Positions 50,030 through 59,249 of a DNA stretch of 64,000 nt are shown piece after piece (within the stretch, counting starts at the first letter, position 1; each line of letters starts with the position of its first letter). Below the pieces are notes generated by a model, which saw only the letters and a list, made by a program, of their open reading frames with translations, made no database searches and had not been told where the DNA came from. The stretch is taken from the NCBI GenBank assembly GCA_965649295.1, contig CBFGKH010000009.1:32001-96000 (forward strand). Reading direction: 5' to 3'. This stretch comes from a candidate division WOR-3 bacterium. GTDB lineage: Bacteria > Hydrothermota > Tepidihabitantia > Tepidihabitantales > Tepidihabitantaceae. Position numbers and translations under genes: made by a program.

Positions 50030-51958
50030 GTGAATCGATTAGCCCTGTTGCTGCTGTCATATTCTCTGCTCCTAGGCAACAATCTAGTAATCAATGGTGA
50101 CTTCGAGCTAGACCCAATCGCCAATGGCTGGGTCTTTGAGCGCTGGGGCAATTACCCGGACACTGGCAACTGTCGGTTGCGCTGGCTTCATAGTCTGAAT
50201 CCGGACCGCGACTTTGAGGTGATGGTTCAGAAGACGCTCCACCGTGAGGCGCGACTCTCCCAAGTCGTACGGGTGCCAAGCCTAGAACTCGAGTTCGCTG
50301 TCTCCTGTCAGATGTACTGCTCGACACGCAGCGAATCAACATGGACTGCGGCCTGCGTCAATCTTGACTACCTTGACGTTCAGGATTCAGTCCTTGGTAC
50401 CACCAGAATCTACAAACCTACCTCTGGCTGTACCTGGGTTAGCGATACGAAGCTTTACTTGATTCGGGTGAATGATACGCTATGGCATGACTATCGGATT
50501 GATGTCGCTGTCGAGCTGGCGCAACATCTGCTCGGTGTCAATGTTGCTGACATCCGCTCGATCCGAGTAGGGATTGTCGGCTATGTTGTAGACGACTGCT
50601 GAATGGGGCGACCAGAGGCGAAGGTCTTCGCCGACAATATTTCGCTCCATACCCGCACCACTCCAAGTTTGGAGTATCGAACGTTCGAGATTGACGATGC
50701 TGGTGGAATAGTCAATGGTAAGCTTGACCCGGGAGAGGAGGCGATACTGCGGTTGGTACTGCAGGCAGGTGGTGGCAGCGTTCCGGCGACTACTGGCCGA
50801 CTTTCGAGCCGGTCGAGTTCGCTTGCTGTATTGGATGCGGACGCCGAATTTGGGCCGGTCCTAGCCGGTGAGACGACGGCTTGTGTGGTCAATCCCTTCC
50901 GGGTTAGAGCTTCTCCTACTGCTCCGGTTGAAGAGGCAGCCTGGTGCGACCTAATACTTGCCGGAGATCACTACGATGACACTGTCTCGGTGCCCGTCAT
51001 AATTGGCGACTCAATGAATCTGCCGCTTGGGCCAGATAGGTATGGCCATCGTATGTTTGACTACAGCGACTCGGCATACGAGCAATGTCCTGACTATGAC
51101 TGGATAGAACTACGGGGAATCGGAACCCGTCTGCCCCTAGGCAACGACGAGACGAGGACGGTGCCGTTACCAGTGCAGTTTGGCCGATGGTGCTGGTATG
51201 GTGTGGCGTACGATTCGATCTCAATTTGCTCTAACGGTTGGATAGCAGCGGGAGTAACGGAACGCCCAGATTTTGTCAATATCATTCTGCCCTACAGCGG
51301 TTCACCGGCCAACATCCTCGCTTTCCTCTGGTGTGACCTTGACCCGAGTCGCTATGGTGCCATCTGGTATTGGTACGACACAGCAGGTCATCGGTTCATT
51401 GTCGAGTTTGACTCAGTTCCTTACTTTGCTTTGCCGAACAATTGGGAGAAGGTCCAAGTACACATTTACGATGAACATGTTTTAAGCTCAGGCTGCGACA
51501 ACCTTGTAACTATTCACTACCAAACCGCAAATGCCTGCAGTCTGATCACAGTTGCTTTTCAGAACAGTGACGGAACCGATGGTTTGACTCATGTCTGGAA
51601 TAGCTGGCATCCGCGGGTCAGTGCGCCAATCAGAGCAGGCAGTGCGTTCGGCATTGTAGCAGGGCCATCGGTTGGTGTTGGCAAACGTCAATCGGCTGAG
51701 CCAGCCAGCGGGGGACGGGTGGTTGTTTCTCCAAGCCCGTGTCGGCGCGGCCGACCGGTGTTGTTTAGTCTCTCCGGAGGTAATGTACAGACCTTGGAGA
51801 TTACCGATGGATTGGGGCATCGTGTTGCCCAGCTTCTTTTGAACAAGGGACAGACGACGGTCAGGTGGTGGCCGGTGTCGCTACCCAATGGTGTTTATTT
51901 TGTTATGTCCAGGACGCCGGGCGCCGTGGAGTGTGAGAAGCTTGTCCTGCTTGAGTGA
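50030..51958 (+). CDS. Candidate secreted selenoprotein (642 aa, Cys-Sec at TGA 50600-50602) with T9SS-type C-terminal domain; otherwise two abutting ORFs
   Basis: ORFs 50030-50602 and 50603-51958 are in frame, separated by one TGA; signal peptide only in the first, CTD only in the second; SECIS-like hairpin follows the TGA. Confidence 0.72.
50603..50650 (+). promoter_or_regulatory. Putative bacterial SECIS element
   Basis: Lower stem ATGGGGCGA (50603-11) / TCGCTCCAT (50642-50); upper stem GGCGA (50617-21) / TCGCC (50628-32); apical loop AGGTCT starts 19 nt after the TGA. Confidence 0.7.
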
Positions 51959-52031
51959 AGGCCGCAAAAAGTGCTTCGGGGCCGCTGAGCGAAGTGTGCT
52001 CCCAGTTGCGCCGGGTAATCGGTCGCTACGT

Positions 52032-53675
52032 TCACTTCAGTTTGACGACGCGGGCAGTCGTTAGGGGGATGGTTCGGTCGTGCGTTTCAAGCATACAGAC
52101 ATAGGCTCCTGCCGGTGCTTGATTGCCGGATTCGGTCCGGCCATCCCAGATTACCTCGTTCGGTCGGGTAGGCAAGAGCGTACGCACGACATTGCCCGTA
52201 GCGTCGCAGACTCTAACAGTCGGGCCAGGTTCGAGGACCGAGTTCCAGCGTAGTGTTACAGTTTGCCCGAATATCGTCGGATTAGCCATCAAACAGCCGA
52301 GCTTGATCGCTAGCGGTTGGGCCGGTGTGTTTACGGCGGTAGCAGTTATCGGTAGTGTGGTATCGTACGGACAGAGATTGGGGCCGGTAACGACCAACCG
52401 AACCCGACCCGTATCCGGTAGTGTAACTTGGAGCTTGATTACACCCAGCGAGTCAGTGTAGCCGTAGCTATAGACGGTTGTATCGCTGGCCATTGAGAGA
52501 CAAGCAAGTGCGCTCTCTCTTGCGACACCGGCAGCGATGACTACGATATCGACACGCTGCAAGCCAGGGAGCAGTGTTGGCGGATGGCTTACACTCGGAC
52601 GCTCCGGTGTCTTCGTCCAGACGCGCAGGGACGGATCGCCGAGCAGATTGAAACCACGGTAGTCGTTAGTGCGTGAGGGGAACTCAGTGTATAGCTGCTG
52701 CTTGGCTCGCAAGAGCAACTTGCCTAGTGGCAGAATTCCTTCGCTGAAGAGTCCGGTAAAGAAGCCACGAGCTATGGCGCCTCGAACGCGGGCAACGTTA
52801 TTGTCACTATGGGTGTTACCGATGAAGGCAACTGCGCCTTTGAGCGCTGAGACCGTCCCGGTCTTTAGCCAAGCCTCGCCAACCATTGATTCATTCGGTG
52901 TCAAGGTCATCGTGGCACAGGTAGCGGAGAGAATCACAGGCAGTTTGGTGCCGTTGCTAGTCGCGGCGGGATTGACAGCAAATGGGTCATACCAGTTGCC
53001 GACTGCGCTGCCGCGATAGAGCACAATGCCTCGGCCAGCGTTAATCGCTGACACGACATGGCTAGCTGAATGGCCACGGTAGTTTGAAAAAGAATCACAG
53101 CTTACCCAGCCAGCGGTACGAGCAAGGCTGGCCGCATAGCGGGCGTCATTCCAATAGACTGTGTCGTCGCTATCACCGCCTTCTCGAACAATCGTCACAA
53201 GGCGACGCATCCAGAGCGTGTCAGTCAGGTCCGGATAGCGTTCGTAGGCCAACGTCTTGGCGACCATAACGTCAAGCTGAGCTGCTGTGCGGGCGGGAAA
53301 ACGACCAACCGGTAGCTCGGCTCGGAAATCGCCAGTGACATCACCGTAGTTGTTATCGGTAGCGTAGTCGTAGGGCATTGTCCGATAGTAGACTGCCGGC
53401 AGCGAGCTTTGTGAACCGACTAGCAAAACGTACTCGGGCCGCACCGGCCAGTTGTTGTAGGCGTTGCGAATGTAGCTGTGAATCGACCCTGTGTCGCTAC
53501 CAATCGTCGAGAGTTTGACAACCCGCGTCGAGAGCCCAGTAGCATGTTTCCACTGGGCAAGCGGCAGAATTGAGTTGTACAGTGCGTCAGTGGTTATTAT
53601 CAGCAGCCGTGCGCCGTCATCGGCAAGAACGGTCGTTGTCAAAATAGCCACCAGGAGAAATGCCAGTCGTTTCAC
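52032..53675 (-). CDS. C25 (gingipain) family protein with FlgD/T9SS C-terminal domain
   Basis: Signal peptide; LAQWK, PEYVLLVG, PVGRFP, SATC, FNLLGDPSL; ANP..F...DATGNVVRTL...WDGR...G...PAGAY. Confidence 0.85.
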   Translation of the reverse strand: MKRLAFLLVAILTTTVLADDGARLLIITTDALYNSILPLAQWKHATGLSTRVVKLSTIGSDTGSIHSYIRNAYNNWPVRPEYVLLVGSQSSLPAVYYRTMPYDYATDNNYGDVTGDFRAELPVGRFPARTAAQLDVMVAKTLAYERYPDLTDTLWMRRLVTIVREGGDSDDTVYWNDARYAASLARTAGWVSCDSFSNYRGHSASHVVSAINAGRGIVLYRGSAVGNWYDPFAVNPAATSNGTKLPVILSATCATMTLTPNESMVGEAWLKTGTVSALKGAVAFIGNTHSDNNVARVRGAIARGFFTGLFSEGILPLGKLLLRAKQQLYTEFPSRTNDYRGFNLLGDPSLRVWTKTPERPSVSHPPTLLPGLQRVDIVVIAAGVARESALACLSMASDTTVYSYGYTDSLGVIKLQVTLPDTGRVRLVVTGPNLCPYDTTLPITATAVNTPAQPLAIKLGCLMANPTIFGQTVTLRWNSVLEPGPTVRVCDATGNVVRTLLPTRPNEVIWDGRTESGNQAPAGAYVCMLETHDRTIPLTTARVVKLK

Positions 53676-53802
53676 AAAAGCCTCCGAATCTCTTGCTTTT
53701 CATGCAAAGTCGAGAGGCTGACATCCGGTACCGGTTCGACCGGTAGTATCCCATACGTCAGCCTTCGGGGTTATTCTATCACAATCAAGCAAGCGAAGTC
53801 AA
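53676..53802 (-). promoter_or_regulatory. Promoter plus structured 5' leader of the C25 gene
   Basis: TTGACT-N18-TAGAAT (53802-53773); nested inverted repeats AGGCTGAC/GTCAGCCT and TACCGGT/ACCGGTA; SD GGAGG. Confidence 0.55.
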
Positions 53803-54500
53803 TAGATGTTGGTAGCCGCACCCTTGATAACGACGAAGGCATCAAGGGTTGCAGCAATCGCGAAGTGAAGAATAGCACAAGGTACGAAGCTCTTACCGCG
53901 AACGGCAAGAATGCCAAGAACAACGCCAGCGACCACGGAACCAGCGGTTTCTGGCAGGGGTTTGCCGAAGTGGAGAATGGTGAAGGGAATCAATTGGACG
54001 GCGAGAGCAGCGGATACGCCAACCCGGCGGGCGAATCCGAACAGTAGGTAGCCACGAGTAATGAACTCCCATGCGAACATCCCGACTAACCGGACAAGCT
54101 GTGCTAGGAGAAAACCCGTAGGCAGCACGCGGGCAAAACTAAAGTAGGGATACACCCGCGAGAACTGCGGCTGCTTGGCTGCCCAGAGTAGAATCGGCAG
54201 CATCAGTATGTAGAGGAGGAGGACGTCAGCTAGCCACTTGCGCCAGGTGCCTACGCGTAAGCCCACAGCACGAGGGGTGAGTCGCAACAATGGCAGACTA
54301 AGCACCGGGATGATCAAGAAAATTGCGCTGCGGATTAACATCCTTATTGCAGGTCGCGCAGCCGGGTCAGTTTTCAACGGTATGCGAAAGTAGTGTTCGG
54401 TTATGAGAGTAATAGACACGACGGCGGCGATTACCAACAGGTCGGGATACTCGGCAATGGTCTGTCGGATGTCAGCCCAGAAGCTTCTAAAGTAGTGCAT
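53799..54500 (-). CDS. CPBP (CAAX/Abi) family intramembrane glutamic protease
   Basis: Multiple TM segments; WEFITRG, FTILHFGKP..E, AILH. Confidence 0.82.
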   Translation of the reverse strand: MHYFRSFWADIRQTIAEYPDLLVIAAVVSITLITEHYFRIPLKTDPAARPAIRMLIRSAIFLIIPVLSLPLLRLTPRAVGLRVGTWRKWLADVLLLYILMLPILLWAAKQPQFSRVYPYFSFARVLPTGFLLAQLVRLVGMFAWEFITRGYLLFGFARRVGVSAALAVQLIPFTILHFGKPLPETAGSVVAGVVLGILAVRGKSFVPCAILHFAIAATLDAFVVIKGAATNIY

Positions 54501-54620
54501 AGGTTTCAGGTTCGCAGATGGCCGAGCTGCAGCGAATTAGTTGCACGCGACGTCTATTGTCAAGGTATGCGTCAAACGAAAGAACGGAGCTAGCGATGAC
54601 TGGCGGGGTTGGCGTTGAAT

Positions 54621-56168
54621 TCAGGCTATTTGGTAGACGCTGTCGAGAACTGTGCCGTCAATCCATTTCACTACGGCCACAACTTTGTCGGTGAGTTTCG
54701 GTCGGCTCGGTTTGCCGCAGATTCGTTCAACTTCTGCCTTGATGTCTTCGATTGGCCGAATCGGCAGGCCCTTGCCCTTGGTTGATTCGATGAGATCGGG
54801 GCGAAGGGGGTTGATGGCAATGCCTAGTTCAGTGACAACAACGTCAACGAGCTCGCCTGGTGAACACAGGGTTGTGACTTCGTCAACAATGATTGGCATA
54901 CGGTCGCGCATCGCCGGTACGGATAGTATTGTGCAGCGGGCGTTCATGCAGTTTTGCCAGCCGCCAATACCGTGACGCAATCGACCATCAGAGTGCGTTA
55001 CGACGTTCGCATTGAAGCTGGTATCAACCTCGGTAGCGCCGAGAACGGCCACATCAAGTAGGTTGATGTAGTTGCCCTTGGCGTGATAGTTGTAGCTGAT
55101 GAGTGGTGTCGTTGAGACATGGCCACGGTTGACGGCGATCGAGTGAACCGCGTCGAGATCAAAAGCCTGACCGTCAATCAACGCAGAGGTCAGGCCCTGT
55201 TCGAGCATCTCAACAAGATAGCGAGTTGTGCCGCCGTGAATCCAGCTTGCCTTGACGCCGGCATCGCGCATCATTTCAGCGAGGAAGATTGCGAAAGCAA
55301 GGGAGACGCCGCCGGCTCCGCCCTGGAAACTAAATCCGTCACGCATGATTCCGGCATCGCGGATAAACCTTGCTGTTAGCTCGGCAATATAGAGCCGATC
55401 CGGGCTGCGAGTGATCTGGGTCGTGCCGGAAACAATTCTTTTGGGGTCACCGATTGAATCGGTCTGGACAACATAGTCGATGTATGAACCATGGAGTTGT
55501 ATCGGTATGCAGGGGAAAGGTACAAGATTGTTGGTGACGATGATACTGCGATCGGCGTACATCGTGTCCGGAACGGCGTAGCCAAGAACGCCACAAGCAG
55601 CCTCGCCCTGAATCCCATTTGCGTTGCCAAAACAGTCGGCTGCCGGCGCCGCAAGCACAGCGATATCGATGTGGACTTCGCCATCCTGAATCGCTTGTGC
55701 CCGGCCGCCGTGGGAGCGAAGTACACCAAGGCCGCGCATCCTGCCTTGTGTGCAGTAGTCACCGAGCGGGCCGTTGAGACTGCCTTCAACGTGATGTATG
55801 ACACCGGAATCAAGGTGTTTCGTGATCGGTGCGTGGCACGGGAACGCGGCCGACGGGTACCAGACGAGGTCTCTTAGGCCCATCTCAGCGCAGATGTCGA
55901 AAAGCTGCAACGCGAGAGTGTCGCCGTCTCGAAAGTGATGATGGGTCGAAATGGTCATTCCGTCCCGAATTCCACACTTCTCCAACGCCGTGCGCAGGTC
56001 AGGTAGGACTTTGTTGCCGTCTTCTGGATAGTCAATGCAGGTCGGAATTGGTGGGCAGGCCTTGCGACCGGCTGGGCGGTACTTGCCTACTCCGGCGAAG
56101 GGAACTGCCGGCTTACCATTGACTTCAGTGGGTACAGGCCGCCCCAAAGCGTTCCTGACGATAGTCAT
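54621..56168 (-). CDS. citF: Citrate lyase alpha subunit-like CoA/ACP transferase
   Basis: GIRDGMTISTHHHFRDGD, RSHGGR, FSFQGGAGG, LGATEVD..FNANVVT, DGTVLD; start 56168 overlaps the upstream stop. Confidence 0.88.
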   Translation of the reverse strand: MTIVRNALGRPVPTEVNGKPAVPFAGVGKYRPAGRKACPPIPTCIDYPEDGNKVLPDLRTALEKCGIRDGMTISTHHHFRDGDTLALQLFDICAEMGLRDLVWYPSAAFPCHAPITKHLDSGVIHHVEGSLNGPLGDYCTQGRMRGLGVLRSHGGRAQAIQDGEVHIDIAVLAAPAADCFGNANGIQGEAACGVLGYAVPDTMYADRSIIVTNNLVPFPCIPIQLHGSYIDYVVQTDSIGDPKRIVSGTTQITRSPDRLYIAELTARFIRDAGIMRDGFSFQGGAGGVSLAFAIFLAEMMRDAGVKASWIHGGTTRYLVEMLEQGLTSALIDGQAFDLDAVHSIAVNRGHVSTTPLISYNYHAKGNYINLLDVAVLGATEVDTSFNANVVTHSDGRLRHGIGGWQNCMNARCTILSVPAMRDRMPIIVDEVTTLCSPGELVDVVVTELGIAINPLRPDLIESTKGKGLPIRPIEDIKAEVERICGKPSRPKLTDKVVAVVKWIDGTVLDSVYQIA

Positions 56169-57385
56169 TGCGTCTCCTTGAGCCAGTCTGCGTCCAGGCA
56201 ACCGCAGCTGATTGCTAGTTCGATTGTGCGTATCGCCCGTCTGACTACCGGTGTATCGATCATTTTCGAACCGACACTTACAGCCCCGAGGCCGCGCGTT
56301 TGAGCTTTGTTGTAGGCGCGTACAATTTCCTGGGCCTTTTCGATCTCGAATCGAGTAGGGGTGAACGCTCTGTGGACCACGGCAATCTGACGCGGGTGTA
56401 TGCAACCTTTGCCTTCAAAACCCATCTCTTTGGCAGTGATACAGCTGAGTTCAAGCGTCTTCATGTCATCAACGTCGGCAAAGACAGTGTCAATAGCCTG
56501 AACTCCCGCGGCTCTGGCAGCATTGACAATTTGTGATCTGGCCCAGAGGCTTTCCAGCCCGGCTGCAGTTTTTGTTCCTCCGAGATCAGCAATGTAGTCC
56601 TCGAGTCCGTAAGTCAATGCGCAGATGCGCTTGGAAGCGCTGGCTATTTCACGGGCACGAAACATTCCCTCGCAACTCTCGATAATCGGCATTAAGAAGA
56701 CATCTGAGTGTGACCGGCGTGCTACCGTTTGAGCGGTTGCGACGTGTTCATCGACAGCGATAACCTGTTCCGGGGTCTCGCACTTAGGAATGAGGATGAC
56801 ATTGGCACCAGCCTGGACAATCGTGTCGATTTCATCGAGTCCGCGCGGCAGCTGATTGATTCTCACCATCCGTTCGCATGAACCGAAATCAACTGCCCGC
56901 AGTGCGTTACGGACAAGAACCAGGGCTGCGTCTTTCTCAGCTGGCGGTACCGAGTCCTCGAGGTCGAGAATAATAGCGTCAGGCTGGTGGATGCGGGCAT
57001 TGAGCATGAATTTGGGCTCATTGCCCGGCAGATACAGTCTTGTGCGGCGCCAGCGCTCCTTGTTTGTCGGCCTGCCCATTGTCGGCCCGGGCTCAGGTAG
57101 GTACTCGGGAACCTTACACCCAGGAAATGCTCGCCGGACGGCCGTTTCAAGTCGAGCCATAATGACAAATGGCAAAGCACCGGTGTCCTCAGCCGCAACA
57201 CGACAGTGGTTGACACCTAGCGCGCTCAGTTCGGTCATGATAAGCTCGCGATTGGGCTGGCCGTACATGAAGTCAACTTTGCTCTTCAGTTCCAGTTCGA
57301 TGCCGCCGCTGTCACGGGGTTCGACCTCGATCCAGATATCGCTGCGTACGTCCGGTCCGCGTCGGCCCGCCGATGCTATAGCCAT
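56165..57385 (-). CDS. Fused citrate lyase acyl-carrier (CitD-like) and beta (CitE-like) subunit
   Basis: N-terminal AG.....RSD...IELELKSKV...YG...EDTGA......ARLETAV.RA; then RTRLYLPGN, DLEDSV, VRIN, GFEGKGCIHPRQ, MID.P. Confidence 0.85.
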   Translation of the reverse strand: MAIASAGRRGPDVRSDIWIEVEPRDSGGIELELKSKVDFMYGQPNRELIMTELSALGVNHCRVAAEDTGALPFVIMARLETAVRRAFPGCKVPEYLPEPGPTMGRPTNKERWRRTRLYLPGNEPKFMLNARIHQPDAIILDLEDSVPPAEKDAALVLVRNALRAVDFGSCERMVRINQLPRGLDEIDTIVQAGANVILIPKCETPEQVIAVDEHVATAQTVARRSHSDVFLMPIIESCEGMFRAREIASASKRICALTYGLEDYIADLGGTKTAAGLESLWARSQIVNAARAAGVQAIDTVFADVDDMKTLELSCITAKEMGFEGKGCIHPRQIAVVHRAFTPTRFEIEKAQEIVRAYNKAQTRGLGAVSVGSKMIDTPVVRRAIRTIELAISCGCLDADWLKETQ

Positions 57386-57877
57386 CTATGCGCCCTTCCG
57401 CGTCCTGAGTTTGGCGCGAGTGAATTCGAGCAGGCCGCCTGCACGAGTGATTGCCAATATCTCTTCGGGTAGCCTGGGAAAAGAGTAGATGTCATTGCCG
57501 ATCTTGATGGTGCCAGCGGCGGCATCAAGCTGAACAGGCAGGCCTGGATGATAAGCCTCGACTGCTGCCGGGGCTTCGACCAGCAGCAAGCCTTGATTAA
57601 TGGCAGCCCGGTAAAAGATGCGGGCGAAACTCTTCGCAACAATCGCTTGGATGCCCACTGCCTTCAGCCCAACAACCGGTTGTTCGCGTGAGGAACCACA
57701 ACCGAAGTTTCTGCCGGCGATGATGATATCACCAGCCTGAACTTCTTTAGCAAATGTCGGATCAAGGTCTTCGAGAAGGCGCGGCTTGATTTCCTCGGGC
57801 TTGGCACAGGTGTAGGTGTATTTGCCCGGAAACAGCATGTCGGTGTTGATATCGTCACCGTAATGCCAGACTTTCAT
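57386..57877 (-). CDS. Homoaconitase/3-isopropylmalate dehydratase small subunit
   Basis: GDDINTD..FPGKYTY, NFGCGSSREQ, SFARIFYR, AGGLL. Confidence 0.9.
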   Translation of the reverse strand: MKVWHYGDDINTDMLFPGKYTYTCAKPEEIKPRLLEDLDPTFAKEVQAGDIIIAGRNFGCGSSREQPVVGLKAVGIQAIVAKSFARIFYRAAINQGLLLVEAPAAVEAYHPGLPVQLDAAAGTIKIGNDIYSFPRLPEEILAITRAGGLLEFTRAKLRTRKGA

Positions 57878-57878
57878 C

Positions 57879-59141
57879 TTAGGCCACCTTTCGCGGGTCA
57901 GTCAGTTTACCGGTGATGGCAGTCGCCGCGACCGTGGCTGGGCTTGCAAGGTAAACCTCCGCGTCCTTGCAACCCATGCGGCCCTTGAAGTTGCGGTTCG
58001 ACGTCGAAAGGCAACGCTCGCCAGGCGCGAGGACACCTTGGTGGGCCCCCAGACAAGGACCGCAGCCCGGCGGCAGCAGGACTGCACCGGCAGCAACCAG
58101 CGTCTGTATGTCACCAGCGTCGAGAGCTTTGTTTAGTTCGCTACGTGAGGCCGGCAGAATTAACAGACGAGTATTGGGAGAAACTTGTTTGCCTTGGAGA
58201 ATGCGAGCAGCAACCGCGATGTCACTCGCGCGGCCATTGGTACACGTACCAATGAGGCACTGGTGAATCTCAAGACCTTCAAGGTCGGTAACCGGTCGGT
58301 AGTTGTCAACCTTATGAGGCGCTGCTACCGCTGGAACAATTCTGTTCAGTTCGAATTCGAGCTCCTGGCGGTAGCTCGCTCCCGGATCGGCCCATTCTGC
58401 GTTCCAGGAGATCCGGGTGATGCCGCTTCCGGCGAGATAGCCCTTAGTGACTTCGTCAACAGGAAAGACCGCATTCTTCGCGCCCATCTCCACGCCCATG
58501 TTGGCAATTACGAACCGGTCGTCCATCGTCAAGTTTCCGATTTCGCCCCAGTACTCGACTGAACAATAATCAGCGCCGTCAGCGCCGAGTTGGCCGATGA
58601 TCGTCAAAACAAGGTCCTTGGCCGAGACCATTTCTGGTAGTCGGCCCCTAAGCGTTATGCGAATTGTCTCGGGTACCTTGAACCATGTCTCGCCAGTCAA
58701 CAGTAGAGCCGCAGCTTCGGTTCGGTCAATCCCCGTCGCAAAGGCATTCACCGCACCGTATGAGCAGGTGTGTGAATCAGAACCAACCGCAAGCATACCG
58801 GGTAAAACCAGACCTTTTTCGACCATAACCTGGTGACAGACACCGGTACCGATATCGAAGAAGTTCTTGATTCCGTATTGCTTGACGAATTCACGAATTC
58901 GCTGATGACTCATAGCTGTCTTTTCGTCGGACGCAGGAACGACGTGATCGAGGACGATGACCGGCTGATTAGGATCAGCGACTCCAAACTCAGTGAGGTC
59001 ATTAGCAATCTTGCCAACGATAGCGGCAGCATTGTCATGCATCAGCAACCGATCCGGCTTACATGTTACAAGCTCACCGGCGTGTGTTTCCTTTCTGCCG
59101 GCCTTACGCGCCAGCACCTTTTCGGCAAATGTCATTGGCAT
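57879..59141 (-). CDS. Homoaconitase/3-isopropylmalate dehydratase large subunit
   Basis: MHDN, LDH, GVCHQV, GSDSHTC, IGTCTNGR, PGCGPCLG, STSNRNFKGRMG, LASPA. Confidence 0.92.
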   Translation of the reverse strand: MPMTFAEKVLARKAGRKETHAGELVTCKPDRLLMHDNAAAIVGKIANDLTEFGVADPNQPVIVLDHVVPASDEKTAMSHQRIREFVKQYGIKNFFDIGTGVCHQVMVEKGLVLPGMLAVGSDSHTCSYGAVNAFATGIDRTEAAALLLTGETWFKVPETIRITLRGRLPEMVSAKDLVLTIIGQLGADGADYCSVEYWGEIGNLTMDDRFVIANMGVEMGAKNAVFPVDEVTKGYLAGSGITRISWNAEWADPGASYRQELEFELNRIVPAVAAPHKVDNYRPVTDLEGLEIHQCLIGTCTNGRASDIAVAARILQGKQVSPNTRLLILPASRSELNKALDAGDIQTLVAAGAVLLPPGCGPCLGAHQGVLAPGERCLSTSNRNFKGRMGCKDAEVYLASPATVAATAITGKLTDPRKVA

Positions 59142-59185
59142 CGGGTTCCTCTTTTCTTGAACTACTGGTCAGCCCGGATGAGCAG

Positions 59186-59213
59186 ATTATAGGGCCTAGC
59201 CAGCGACTGGCAA
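59186..59213 (-). promoter_or_regulatory. Internal sigma70 promoter upstream of the dehydratase/lyase genes
   Basis: TTGCCA-N16-TATAAT. Confidence 0.65.
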
Positions 59214-59249
59214 GGCCTGGAGGGTTGCCCCGGGGTTGTGTATTCTTGT

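Noticed and set aside
50600..50602. Genome-wide UGA reassignment (Trp/Gly) as the explanation for the read-through
   Set aside because: Many conserved genes end at TGA at their expected length (e.g. 3456, 4344, 26145, 27031), so UGA is normally stop
56169..56405. 79-aa N-terminal extension of CitF (similar extensions at 16392, 17285 and 36453)
   Set aside because: They overlap upstream genes; better internal starts exist
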